Program-made: the position numbers and the translations under genes
IMG/VR virus record: IMGVR_UViG_3300031521_000009
Source: a virus
DNA: 64,000 bases
Direction: 5' to 3' (one strand)
Part shown: positions 8,984 through 23,900 of the stretch, piece after piece
How positions within the stretch are numbered: the stretch's first letter is position 1
Layout of the letters: each line of letters begins with the position of its first letter
The notes under the pieces: model-generated
Told to the model about the DNA's origin: nothing
Seen by the model: only the letters and a program-made list of their open reading frames with translations
Database searches by the model: none

Positions 8984-11900
8984 TTATTTACATTTATTTT
9001 TTTCATCATTATTATCTGACTCATTATCTTGTGCCGGAGTACCAATAGCGGGTTCACCTTCTGCAACTTCTTTCTTGCTATCTTTCTTTGCTATCTCACT
9101 ATCGAATAGTTCAAGTGATCCTTCCAATGTATTCAACATTTCAGAACGTTTGCTTTCTGTTGCTTTCATCTCAGCACGTACTGCCGGATTAATCATTTCA
9201 ACAATAGCACTACGAGCAACCTTTCCATAAGTAGTAATCCCTACTGACATATCTTCAACTTCTTTATTGAAAGTAGTTTTCTGATTAGCTAAGAAATCAG
9301 TTGATGAAATCTTACTAGTAAGTTGTTCCACCATGTTCTTTCCTTGACTACTGATATAAGCCAATGCACGTGCTTGTACTAATGCTTTTACTATCAATGA
9401 TTGTTTGAAATTGAGTTGTGCCATAGCAATCTTTATTTGCTTAATCTCATTGGCATTCTTCTCAGTTTCCACAACTTGAACATCATCAACTAAATTACGA
9501 ATATATTTATTGATTTTGTTTCTTCTGTGTTCTTCATTTTGATAGTTCTTCAAGTCCCAAGGAAAGTTCTTTGTCTTTTCTCCGATAGTACTTAATACTT
9601 TGTATTTGTAAGCATCAAGAACCTCATTGATAGAATTGAATTTGTTCTTATTGTCAAAAATTGATATACGAGTTTCAACACCATCATTTGTAAGAGTATT
9701 TATGTTCAACTGACTTAAGAACATATTCCCTTTTACTTTGTATTCCATTGGTTTTGTAACTTCATTCTCAGTAAGTGAAGTAGCATTCGGATCAAAAATA
9801 GAATGTTGTAATGTTCCCTCCTTAAGTTGAATCCTATTGTTACGTTTCTGAGTATCCATTTCCTTTTGTTCCATACGATAAGTGATATCTGAATCGTTAG
9901 CAAGACGATATTCAAAATTAGTTCCTTTTACTTTAATAACACGTATTAATTTTCCACTTCTTGTATATAGAAATTGTCCTTCCGATACCCATGCACGTGA
10001 ACCTTGATGTAATATCAAATCATTATTATCCCGATTAGCAAGACTAAGATTGTATTCTTCTTCCGGTGTAGTCTGAAATGAGCGTAATTCAGAAGTCATA
10101 TTCTCTCCGGCCATAGTAGACATACCTAAAGAAGTAATGTTTCCAAATACTTCATAAGCATTGTTATCATTCAGTTTTAAATTTATTCTATGTCCGGTGT
10201 TTACTTTCTCACCATCTATAGTTTTTGTCTCAAACTGATAAGCATACTTAGGACTATTTTCATTTACTACTGCTTTTGGACTTAGATATTGTGCAAACTC
10301 AGGTTGTAATCCAAGATAGTCATAGATACGCTCACGAATGTCTGAATTGAATGTAACGGACTTTCTGTACTTATTTGGTACAAGACTATCAAGACCAAGA
10401 GAAGAGCGCAATTCGGCGTATGTATCGTTATACACTTTGCTTATTGGTCCTTTGTAGAAATCTACACCTATCACTTGAAGTAAACCACCTTGACGATATG
10501 ACATTCTATTGGCAATAATCTCATAGTTGATAAGCATTTCTTTATATTCTTTTGGAAGAGAATTAAAGTAGTCTTTCAACTGAGCAACGCGCTGTTCTGT
10601 CATTTCTTTAGTATTGACATCAAGTAATAATTTCACATCAAACTTACCACCAATAGTAAATAGTTTGATAAGAGGATTAACTGCAAATCTTATCCATTCT
10701 TCTGCCGGCAACTCACTTTGTACTGTCTTATTCAAATAATCAATATTATCAGAATGCTCAACAATATCCATCATAAATTGAGGAAAGTTCTTTACAAATG
10801 ATTGTCTATCAAAAAGACTTGATAAATCCAAGTTCTGTGATGGGTTTTCATAAGTATTACCAACAGCTTGATAGATATACTGACCTTTCATGATAGCACT
10901 TTCTCCAATGGTAGCATAGTACTTGTCAAGCATAATATCGTTTATCGCGGTACTTACTGCAGCGACTTCACCACCGAAGTTCAGTGTTGTTCTATTCTGT
11001 AATTTCAAGAATGATTTTACAACATCTTTTTCAATAGCTTCATTATCGGCCATAAATGACTGTTTAGTGATAAGTTCTTGACGATACAGTTCTTGCAAGA
11101 TATAATCAATCTGAGGTAAGTTCTTGATAAGTTTACCCATATTAATTTCATTAGCTACCAATTGTTCTTGGGAGAACATAAAAGCTTTTTTCTTTTCATC
11201 TTGTTCTTTATTGTAAGCATCATTGTTTATGGTATAGTAAGCCATATGTTTAGCAACATTCATATCACTTGCCGGATTAGAATTGTATTCTTGCAATGAC
11301 ATACCAATAGTTTGTTGTACGGTATTAATCATTGTTCTGAAATCCTTATCCAATGAAGGAATACCATTACGCATTCCCATGATAGTAGAAAGACGATACA
11401 AAGCATCTGCGGTAACACTAAGCTTAGGAACCATTTTCATGTAACGTAAACCTTGTATGTCGGTCCTGGCAATATTTATGTTTGCACGAGAACGCACCAT
11501 TAGTTTTAATTCATTAGCAACTTCTGTAGAAATGCTATCCAAGTCTTTAATATCAAAATTCGATACATCAGTTTTATCAAAAACAATTTTATTGTTCTTA
11601 TAAGTAAATAGGTTTTCATCATCAAATCCATTATCTTTTTTCCATTGTTGAAGTAATTGTTCTTTATCTGATCCAGTAAAGTCATAAGGACTATTTTTGA
11701 ATGCTTCTTTATTGTTTTTATAATATGAAGTAAGTTCTTTCATTAGAAGATCATCAATAGACTGTTGTAATAATACATCAGTTGTTTCAAGTTCTAATGA
11801 ATACTTTTCTGTATCATGAACATTACTTTTCCATGATAGTCCTTTTGATTCTAACCATTGAGATACATTGGTATTATTGAAATGTTCAATACGAGAAGCT

Positions 11901-14900
11901 ATTTTATCCACTTCTGTTGAGGCCATCTTCCAAAGATTGAAGTCAGCACTCTTAGTCATTATAGAAGTCTTACCAGAGTAAGTATGGAATAGATTACGTA
12001 TATTCTTGTTATTAAAGAAATCATACACTTCACTATTATTCATACCATTCAATTTCAGTACTGCAAGAATATTGATACCAACCGGACTAATTGCGTAGTT
12101 CGCGAATGTATTGTTCTTGGCATTATCCAATGCTCCTTGTCCCCATGTTCCTAGTTCAATAACAAAACCATTCAGACCGGTCTTGATTTTACCTTTAGGT
12201 GCATTCTCATTGATAAAGTTTTGTATTCCAGAATGGGTACCAGTTTCTACAAACTTATTTACTGAGCTTGAAATAATAATGGACGATACTGTCAATGAAT
12301 TAGCAAGAATACCAATAGCATCAGCACCGGCTTTATTTCTTGAATACGATTCATAGATAGAACGAATAGAGTTGTTCTGTAAATTATCTACTAATTTTTC
12401 TTTCTGTTTCATCACTTCATTAATCTTATCTAATGAAGAGGTAAGGAATAAAGACTCTTGATTGCCACTATGAAGCGTAATAGTGTTACGTAAGGCATTC
12501 ATTTTGTTTCTATGACCATCTGCACCTTTTTGAATAATATGGCCTTTAGAATCAAGAGAATTAGAATACATTGTCAATGCATCAATATCATAATCGGAGT
12601 CATTACGTAATGTCATACCCGTTGGGATATAAACCACGTTACCACCATTATGAAACATTGCTGTTTTGAACACACCACCCGATCCTAAGAACGTTGCCGG
12701 AACACGTGATAAGAATGAAGTATTTGATTCTTCAAAATCTTTCAATAATTGTTGTGCTTCAGTAAGAATTTGTTCGAGTATTTCACCACTACCCATTAAT
12801 GCAGCAATTACTTTGTCTGGATTAGCCAGGTCAGTAGATTGCAGTTCCATTGAATTGATAGCTTCTAAGATTGATTCATTAGTAGCATTTACTTCTGATT
12901 GTAATTCCTCAGTAGTCATTTCTCTAGTACTATCAATCAAGTTAGCAATACGTTTACTGATAAAACGCTTTCCATCATTATCAACAGAAGGATTTATAAG
13001 TTCATCAACATACGTTTCTATTTTCAAGTTTTTGATAGCTTTACGTATCATTGGTGAGTCTACAAATGCACTCCATTGATTCAATGACATATCAGCATCC
13101 TCAGATAGACCGGCCATTAATTTATCATATAAATTAGAACTGTCCAATGCAATTCTTTCAGTACCCAAATTGATATGTTGAATGTCTATCAATGATTCAT
13201 TACTTCTATGACCATATACTTTAGCATATACATTTGGCATGGAGATATGACCAACAGTAGTTTTACCATTTACGATATTCATATCTTGTAATCGTTGCAT
13301 AGTAAATCCTGCAGCAGCGAGTTCTTGATTCATAGCATCACTATTATATTCATCAAATGAATAGTCACGATAATTTGTACCGGGTCTTAATTCATTAATA
13401 GCATCATTACGAGAATATATCTTACCATCACGTACAAACTCTTCTAAGTACTCTCCAACAGTTTGTGTAAGACGAATACCTTTTGTTCTTGCTTGAATAG
13501 ATTGATTGGCCATGTTACGGTATGACTGTAGTACTTTAGAACGCATCATAGGCAATTGCATAGAAACATCCATATCACTGAATAATTCAATGAATGCCAT
13601 ATCTTGTCCAGAAGTACGCAAGCTATTTACTACACGATCACGCATAAAGTCCATCAATTGTTTTATTGCTGGATCAATTTCTGATTTTTGTTGTTCGGTA
13701 AGTGTAGAAACATCATACTTAGACCAATCAATATTTTTGAATTGTTTTGCAGCTTCTACTTCTCCATACTTAGATATTGATTCTTCAAGTTCTTTACGTA
13801 ATGCTGTTTGAAGTCCTTGTTTGTTCTCCATATAAGCACTGTAAAGACTTGATATCTCAGGATTATTACTAACACCTAAACCGGTAGCATCTTGTTGTGA
13901 TGGTGCTGCCTGCAGTTTTGCATTGATATCAGTATCTTGTGATGGATTCATTACTATCTTAGTCTTGGTATTATCCACAACATCCATGTTTAATGGCTGA
14001 CTGTAATCAACGTCATTTAAGGCATCGTAAGTATTGACTGAGGTAACTGAACCTTTCTGTGTAGATACTGGCGCCATGAAAGCCACAATGCTATTGTACA
14101 TGTGTCCGGCACGTTCTATACCATCAGGATTAATAGTTATTCTATCTTGATAGTATTGTTGGTTATCTATCCAGTTCATCATATCTACAATGATGTCATT
14201 AAACTCTTTTTGATTGTTTTTATCATCATACAATTCTTTGAACTTATCAGTAAATGAAAGTTTGTTTTCATTAAATGATTCTTCACCAACCCTAGCAACT
14301 AACTGACGATCTGTTTCAGCAAGCATACGCATAAACATATTTCGGTAGTAGGTATGTTGCATATCAAAACCAGTAATGACTTTATCCCCACGTTTAATCT
14401 GTGAGTAAGTACCATCAGCTCTTCGAAAGTTAGTAAGACCTTTATACATGGAAGCATTACCAATTACTGTTTTAGTACCACCAATAGAGTTTAAGGTCTG
14501 CAAGTAATGGAATGGATTAATAGTTATCTGACCATCTTCCGGTTTCATCATATTACCATTATTTGCCAATACTTTTTGACCATCAATTTCTTGATAAGTA
14601 TTACCACCATCAACCATATTATCCCTATAGAATACAATAGGACTTTCTGTAGTCAATGTAGGTGTATGTAATTGATATCTTACATTATTCTGTACAACTT
14701 CTTTCGTTCCTTGGGTAAGTACACTTTGTGCCGGTGTATGAATAGGACCATTACGTTTTACCTTATCAAGATAGTTCTTGAAAGAGAATGGATTCAATGA
14801 AAAATCATCAATATGATTATTGGCAAACATAGTAGCCATATAGAAACCAAACATAGGTTGATTAAAACGTATCTCTGATTTTTCAAGTTGTTGATAATAC

Positions 14901-17900
14901 GGATTCTTATCAGTAGTATTTGTTGGGTTTTTATCACCAATAGTATTTTTGGTAAGATTATTCATTGACTGAACCGGTTTAAAACCATAGTTCGCAATCA
15001 TATCAGTAAACTTAGCAAAGTCATTTTCAAATAACCGCATGATAGCTCTTTCCAATTTAGGAAGACTTTCTACTTTTCCACTCTTTACATCATTAGTAAG
15101 ACTTCTAATCTTTTCAATTTTTGATTGTTTATTAATCATATTGAATTGATCTATTTTACCGGTTACTGCATTACCTGGTATAATGACATCAATACCATCA
15201 ACTGTTTCATAAGAAAGTTCATAACTTCCTTTACCGCTTAAATCTTTAGTAAGAGAAGTTGCATCAAACATATTACGTAATTGGTCAAAAGTACCATTTG
15301 CTTGAGCTTCTTTGGAAACATCAATCATCTGTTTACGTAATCCTTTGGTAAAATGAGCTTCATTATTTTCTGCCGGTGCATTCAAGAACTTCGTTTTGGT
15401 AGATAATGATTTGTTTATCTCCATAAGTGCGTTGTTCAGATTTGAACGTGAAGTATTAATACGTTTTTTGATTTTATCGTATTCACGTAATACTTCTGTT
15501 CCGGCAACTGAATAATCAATATTAAAACCATTATCGGTATTGATAAGTGTTGACTCTACTTTGGCAAAGATTATTTTACCAGTATCCGATACTGTTGTAG
15601 TAGGAACATAAATAACCGGCCGAGCTTTTGATTTTACCATTTCTTGCATAAACATGTTGATACTCGTGTCAATGAAGTCAGAAGTATCAATTTTTGTTTT
15701 TCCAATAGAAGTAAATCCAAGTGAACGGTTTTCTCCGATACTTTCTATAAAGCCAGTAATCTTAGTTGTATCTGTAGGGTCTTGTTTAAAGGCATCAAAC
15801 TCTTCATTGAGTGTAGTCTTTAAAGCAACTGAATAAGTGGCTGTACCCTTAGCTGTGTAACGATGGGTATCATTTGTTTGTCCACCTAGTTTCTGCTGTA
15901 TAGAAGCAATCATATTTGATGATACAAACATATCTTCCGGAGTAACATATCTCATAGAAGATACATCATTAGTTATCTCTTCATTTTCTACAATGTCAGG
16001 TTGTACTTCAAAAGTAATAAGGTTCTTTGGTGTTGTTCTATTTAGGAAGCCAAGAACTATATCACTTCCGGTAATACTCTGGATGCGTGTCAATGGTGAT
16101 AAACTTTCTTTTGTATTATATCGAATATGATTTAATAGGTTACGTTGTATGATAACTTTCTTAGCCGGTTTATTAATGTCCTCATTAGCTTTTAAAGTTT
16201 CTTCTGTATAGTTTTTAGAATATTGATTATACAATGTAATCATGGCACCTAAATAATCAGCCATAAAATCTGATGGAGTAGCATAATTGGCTTGTATCTC
16301 AGAATTGAAATTACTTACATATCCAATCTTATTAATAGTTTTCATATTATCAGTAACCTCTGACCAACTATTAGCAACCATAAGACTCTTGAACATGGCC
16401 GGAGTAACACCTTTTAATGCAAACTGTCCTTTGATACGATTAAAGATGTCTACTATATGCGCGTATTCTCCTTTGGTATTAAGCATATCAGTAGAGAAAG
16501 GTGACATAGTAGTATTACCAAACTTTTTAGATGTAGCAATAACACCTTCTTTATTTGCAAATTTGAATCTACCATTTTCGTATTTTAAGAAACTAGTTTT
16601 ATTAGTAACATTATTATACCGGCTTACCTTAATATCAGTATAGTCAATAGACATATTTTCTTTAAAGAATGATATTGAATTTGTGTTCAACTCACCATTC
16701 AAAATCTTATATCCTTGAATACGTTTAATCTCTTCGGCGGTACCTCTCCAAAAGTCTTTATAGTAATGAGTAGACTTCATAGTATCATCATAGTAAGTGA
16801 ACTTAACCTGGTCTTTTACATTGAAAGAAGTATATACACTTACCAATGAATTTAAAAGGTCTTTAGCCTGTTCTATCTTACGTTTTTGATCTTCTTGTTT
16901 AGCATCCCATGACCATGTAGCATCAGAGTTCTGCGCTCCTACTTCTTGTTTCCATTCTTGTTCATTTTGATAAGAACGTTCAAGTAGTCCTTTATAACGA
17001 CCATCATAGTTTTCTTCTGAGATATAATGATTAGAATAGTCAAGTGAGAAATCAGTTCCTTTACCTTTTGCTTCAAACATGTAGTTGTACATGCTATGAA
17101 TTACTTCGGCTGCCGGATTCAAATATCTGTTTGATTCATCAATTTCAGAATTATCAATGAATCCTTCCATAATAGATTTTAATGCAGATACTTTATCAGT
17201 AACACCATCCATTTGACTTACTCGCATACCAAGGTCTATCATCAATGAATGAACTTGTTTCTGATCTAAGAACTTTACTTTTCCGCGGGCATCAAATACA
17301 GCACTACCATTTGTATTGATAAGTGGTATAGAACTAAGATATAGTTTTTGTATATCGGAAACATTCTGTTCAGAAGAATAACCATCCCAATCAAAACGTT
17401 CACCGGCACCCACTTCTTTTTCAAATGAGTCATTCATCATATCATATGATGGAAGCATAGTCTGCACAATCATTCTAATATTTTTATCAGAATAGATTTT
17501 GTATGCATCAATACTATTCCGGCCATTGATATCAGAAAGTTTAATATTCAAAGGTTCTCCATTCTCAACAATATCTTTTACTGCCATTTCATTTTCTTCA
17601 AGTTCTCCTTGTTCATTTTGAGTAATAACAGTGGCCATAGTTTCACCATACAATTCTTGATATTCTTTTCCTTCTTCAATAATAGAATTAATACTTTCCG
17701 ATAATGAATTAATATTACTGTTTTTTGTATTGGAGAAAATAGAGTTTTGAAGTATAGACATTCTTAGTCCGGACTTAGCAATAACTAATGATTCAGTATT
17801 GTAAAGTTCTTTCTTTAATGCTTCTTCCATCTGACTGGCAATAAGTAATCGTTTGCTAGAACTTTCATTTGTTGATTGTACTGTTTCTTCAGAAGTAGTA

Positions 17901-20900
17901 TCACTTTCATATTCTTCAAAAGCAATATCTGATTTTTCAGTATTCATTTCTGGAACCCTATTAGCAAACTCGCCATTGTTTATTTGATTGTATAAGTTCT
18001 TCAACTGTTTGTTTGAACCATATACACCGCGAAGTCCCATAACGATATCTTTCAAGAAACTCTTGAACTGATTGTATAAACGCAAAGCAATATTTACATT
18101 CTTGTCTTTAGTAGTCGCACGTTCTTGTTTTGCATAATCACGAGCAATCCATTCTTCAAGTTCTTTATCACCATTGATAGGTGTTCCTTGTTCATACTTG
18201 TTGATTACCTGGGCCGCTTGTAATAGCATTGCTTTAGCATCAGTATTTATGAAGTTACGATAGACAACATGTAATACTTCATGGTCAACTGTAGAACGTG
18301 GCATCATACCATTCTCTGCTGCTAATGTCATGATAGTATTATCTTGTACCATACCACTTGCAGTAAGACCATTTAAACGAATCTTTCCTTCTTGTGTAAG
18401 GAATAGTTCAGATTCAGTATAAGACTGTCCTAAACGTAAAGCAACACGGTCTATTGACTGTTGTATAGGTTCTACATCAGGAGAAGAGTATTGTGTTTCT
18501 TCAAGTCCTATATTTGGAAGTTTTTTCTTTCCCGGTTTATTTACTGGTGGAGTTGGTGAAGTTATTGGTTCTACTTTATCAAGACCTACATAGAATGATT
18601 TATTGTTTATGCCCAAAGCTTGTACATTAAGCATATCAATAGTTTCTTTACCACTAACATGAGTAGTATAAGTTTCATTGTTTAATGTCAAGAAATCATA
18701 TAATCCGGACATAGCAAGATTATCTTTCTTAGAAAGAAAATCACTTAGTTCTTTATACTGTGAATCAAAACCACTATTACGATCTTTATCTGTCTTGAAA
18801 GAATCAAGATTGATATCCAAGAATGTTTTACTTTTTTGCTGAATCTTAATAAATGCAAAGATTGCTTTATCAGTTGCCTGAGTAGAGTTCTTTAAAGTAG
18901 AAAGGTTCGCGCGCAATAATTTATAAATAGTAGTTTTTGAGAATGCTGTTTGTTTGGCTTTCCACTTTTGTTCATCTGATAAAATAGTAGATGATAATAT
19001 TTCTTGTGAAATAAAGTCCTCTTCTGCCTTAATACGTCCAATGATAGAATCCATAGAAGCATTTGCGCGCTGTTTAATGGTTTCATTCTTGCTAGTAATA
19101 GACTGGCTAAACTTAGGCATTTGTACTACTAAACGAATACTTTCATTACTATTTAATTGAACATTTAAACGTAATCTGCCATCAATATACAATGGAGTTA
19201 TATCAGTTTGTGCGCCAGGGAAGTCTTTCAACAAATCAGTTACCGTTGTCAAATCACTTTCATTATTTGAATACTCTACTTTACGAATACCCATATCATG
19301 AAAATCAACATTTACCTTATCAGTAATACTTGCATGAGTATCATAGATAGACATGTTCATATCACGTTGTTTAATCAATTCAGATTGAACCGGTGCGAAA
19401 ATAGGATTATTGATAACAGCATTCCATGCATCTACTAGTCGTTGTTTCTCAGTTTTCTGTTTTTCAAGTTCAGTTTCCTTTACATCAAATGAAGTATAAG
19501 AAATCTTACCACTTCCATCAATACTAATAACTGATGGTAGAGTCATAGAACCAATAGCATTGGAAAACTTACCACCATTTAATCCCGGAGTAGTAAATAT
19601 GTCATTGATGATAGAATATACTGGTATATCCATTGCTTTTATAGATGTACCATTAGGATTTACTGAATGCTTTTTAATAATGGCATTTACATAATCCTCA
19701 GCAATAGTTCCCATAAAGATATCTTGAATGGCTTGTAACTGTTCTCCTACCAATCCTTTGTTAGTTGGATCAAAAGAAAGAACAATCATATCGTACTTTG
19801 CAGTCTTATTATCCTTATCCCATCCGGTAGTATTTTGTTTCTCAGCTTTTAATTGAAACAAATGTTTATACTGTGATAGGTTCGATATAAAGGCGTCATT
19901 TATTGCACGACGTAACTTACCATTCTCTTGACTTAAACTATCGCTAGCACCAACTAAAGTAGCACTGGTAGCCCAGAAAATATGTGACTTGTTTTTGTTC
20001 TTATCGAATATAGCAGTAGAGTTGTTCAAGAAGCGTTCACGCGATAACTGACTTACTTCATTTGGAACAACTGGTTTCACTTCTTCAATGATTGCAGTAG
20101 GTACCGAGAAATCTTCGTTATCTGAAAGTACTGTTGATACTGTTTGATTTTCGTCAGGGTATATACCGGTTATCTCATACTGAGTAGAGCCATCAGAGAA
20201 TACAGATTCATTGATAGATAATAATTGAAATATGTCTTTTTCATTATTGTCATAATAACTTTCACCAACCTTTAATGCAGTTCCTTTATGTTCATAATCT
20301 TCAACAGAATTTTCTTCTACTAATGTAATAGGATTCTCTGTTGATTGACTTGTACGAAGAATACTTTCAAAACCCGTAATATGTTTGATAAGATTATCTT
20401 TAATTGAAATATTTGGATCAATAGTATTATTGAATTTTGTTTGACCATTCCAATTAATAGAAAGGACATCACGATTACCAACTTTCTTTATTTCCCAATC
20501 AGCATCTACTGTTGCAGTATCTATTAAATCACCATCAGCATTAAAGTAATTAATCTTTAATCCTACCTCTTTACCCGAAGTTTGATTCTGATTATTATTA
20601 CTAGGGTTTGGAGTGGTCACTGTAGGGTTAGCAATAGGTGCTGTTGCCACTTTCTGTGCTTCCATACTCATACTATTCATATCAGTATTTAAACCCTGTA
20701 AACGCAATGTTTCAATAGCTCTGAATTTTTCCTTTTGTTGTAGCTGAATAGCATTCAATGCTTCTTCCGGTAAACCAGTAGATGCAGCAAGAGAACGGTC
20801 AACATTCAAAGAAGTATCACCAACCATACCATACCAAGAGCTAGAACGACCAATAGCAGTATAAAGTGCTGAGGCCATTAAACTTGTAGTAATAGGTTTT

Positions 20901-23900
20901 GCTATCTGACTACTATCAGACTGTCTGAATACAGCATAGATTTCTTTCTGACGTAATCCTTGCAGTAGTTTATTATCATTGACACCGCGACGTAAAGCAA
21001 AATAGATTTTATCCTTATTTGCTTCTATTTGTTTTTTAAGTGTATCATTGTCTTTAGTAAACGCATCCAGTGCATCCTGATCTAAGAAAATAGCTGCTCT
21101 ATCCGGATTGGTAGCAAGACCATCTATGAACGAGTTCCATACATCCATGTGTGATGCAAAGAAACGCGCTCCTAATTTAGTCTTACCACTTATATCTTCT
21201 GTCACCTTATCAAACTTTACTATTCTACCAATGGCACCAATAGCCGGGCGACATGCTTCTGCAAGTTGACGAAGTAATGGAGAAGTAGCACTAAATTGTT
21301 CAGTAAGCATGTGCGTAGTCATTGTCTGCAACATCATCAAAGGATAATGACCTACAGAACCTGCATCACGCATTTGGAATACATCACCCATGAATACTAA
21401 TTTGGCTTTTGTATTTACAAAATGTTCTTTGATAGCTTTCATTTCATTTTCAGAAACAAGTGATGCTTCATCAATAACATAAGTATTTCCTTCTGTAGTA
21501 TTCATACTCTTCATTCCTTTGATAAAATCAGTATATGATATTACTGTTGGATTTTCAGCACCAAAAGATTGTTTATGTACCTTAGAAAGTTCTTCCGTAA
21601 TACTTACTACTGTTAGTTTACCTACTGATGATTTCTTATCAGTACTATATCCATCAAGTCCGCGAAGTATTCTAAATGCTCTTCCTACAGTGAACTGAGT
21701 CTTTCCAGTACCATAATCTCCACCAATAGTCAATGCATTGCTTAGATAGCTTTCTATGAAGTGATGGCCACCCTTCTCAGTAGCTATTGAATGCATAGGT
21801 AAAAAGTAATTTGCAAATAACGACAAAGGACTTGTAAGCGTTTTATTGCTTAAAAGTCCAACTATTGAATTGATTGCAGCTTCTTGTTCTCCCGTTTCTA
21901 ATGGTGTATTTGACTCATTAGTAAATATCATTTTTCGTATCTTGAACATATCGTTCATACTGTATTTACTACCTATCCAGATAAGCGTGTTCAAGTGTTC
22001 GCGCAGTCGGGTAATATCATTTGCATTAGAACTGGAAAAATTGTATTTACGTTTGGAAACACCACCAACATTCTCCATAGTAAATAATGGATTACGGGCA
22101 TGTAGTTCACGAGTAGAATTTGTCAATGAACCATTCTCTCCAATATGTGAAGATGAATCATCAGCATGTAAAAGAGTACCTTCTGAATTAAGTACTTTTC
22201 CATCTTCTCCAATAGAATCATTGGCAACATAAAACTCACGGAATATCTCAAACAACAAATCTTGATTGTCCTTAGAAAATAATTCAGAATTTTCTTTATT
22301 ATATTCGACATTCATTTCAGAAAGGATATTGTTTACGATATTCTCTCTTTTAGATAACTGAGTAAGTTGTGCTTCGGTAAGTTGTCCTTTTGCATCAAGA
22401 ATAGATGGATCAAGTTCTCCAATAGCATTTAATTCTTCAATTAAGTTCTGACTGATTATTTGCGTGCCATCAGAACGACGTAATCCAAGAGTAGTAAATA
22501 ATTGAACACTCTTGAATGTATTCTCATGAATGATAACACGACTATGCAAACGTAACATTTGATTGGCCAAGTCAGCACCATCAATCTTACTTGCAAGTTC
22601 ATCAGCCATACGTATAGCATCACGTAATTGAATCTCATAGGTATTGTTACCATTAGCATTTTTACTTGCCAATTCAGAAACAAATTCACGTTCCGGTTGT
22701 GACTGATGATCACTTACTTTCTTTTCATTAGCAATACGTTCAGAAGTCTTGAAAGTATAAAGGAAATGTTCATTCTTTTTTACTCTATCAATCTCTTGAC
22801 GAATGATTTCAGAACCATTAGTACCATAAAATTTACCATCAGGATATTCTTTCTTATAAGTTTCTCCCTGGTCAGTAAGAACTGAATTAATCCATACCTC
22901 AGCTTCTTTCATCGTATCTTGTAATTCTGTGAAGTAATTACTCAAAAATGTTTTACCATTTGGAGTATTCTGTTCACGCATTAGTTTAATACGTTTTTGA
23001 AATTGTTCCGGAGTTTCATTAGCATGTTCTAATGTCTGTCCATCAATACGCATAAATGGAAGTTTACCTTTCCCATTAAATGAAGAGTATTGATTATTTA
23101 CGTTTTCAAGTCCCAGCGCGCGTGCAGCAGCATTCAACTGATTATCATGAGAGAATTGTTCATCATCAAAACTTTCAATTGTACGTTCGGCTTTTCCTAC
23201 TTCTTCTGCAGCAGTTTGACTTTCATCTTGATAATGTTTCAATTCTTGTTGAATAGCATTTAGCTTATCAGTTTCTTGTTGACGTTGTTCATCGCTGGTT
23301 TCCGCCGGTAAAGAATTGATAGTTTCTAATTGAGCATCATATTCAGATTGTTTAGTAGTAATGAATGGTTCCAATTCAGCAACACGTTTACCATACATAT
23401 CAATTTTTTCATTGGCCGGAGTAAGAATCTTACCTTCTGCTTGCTGAGCGATATTAGAAGTAAGTCCTTTTGCAGCATCATACATTGATGAAAACTTATT
23501 TTTAAGTTCATCAAGTTTACTATTATCCATTGTAGTACCAAATACATTTCCACTTGTTTGGTCATTGAATACAGATAATTCTTTAGCTAAACGATTAGAC
23601 AATCCGGCAACATCAGTAATCAATGATTTATGCTCAGCTTCATTATACGGTTTTGAAAGAGTATCACCTATTCGTTGTTGTAAGGCATTTAAATCACTCG
23701 ATAATGTTGCATGAGTAGTTTGGTTATCTATATCATTAATAATGGCATTAGCATGTGTCTGTTGAGCTTGTGCAGCTTCATCTACACGTTGACGTAAGTT
23801 CTCAATGTTTTCATACGTAAAGTTCTTCTTAATTACATTCTCCCATGATGCAGCATATTGACGTTGGAAGTTAGGATCGTTTTTCATCTCCCGAGTAAAC

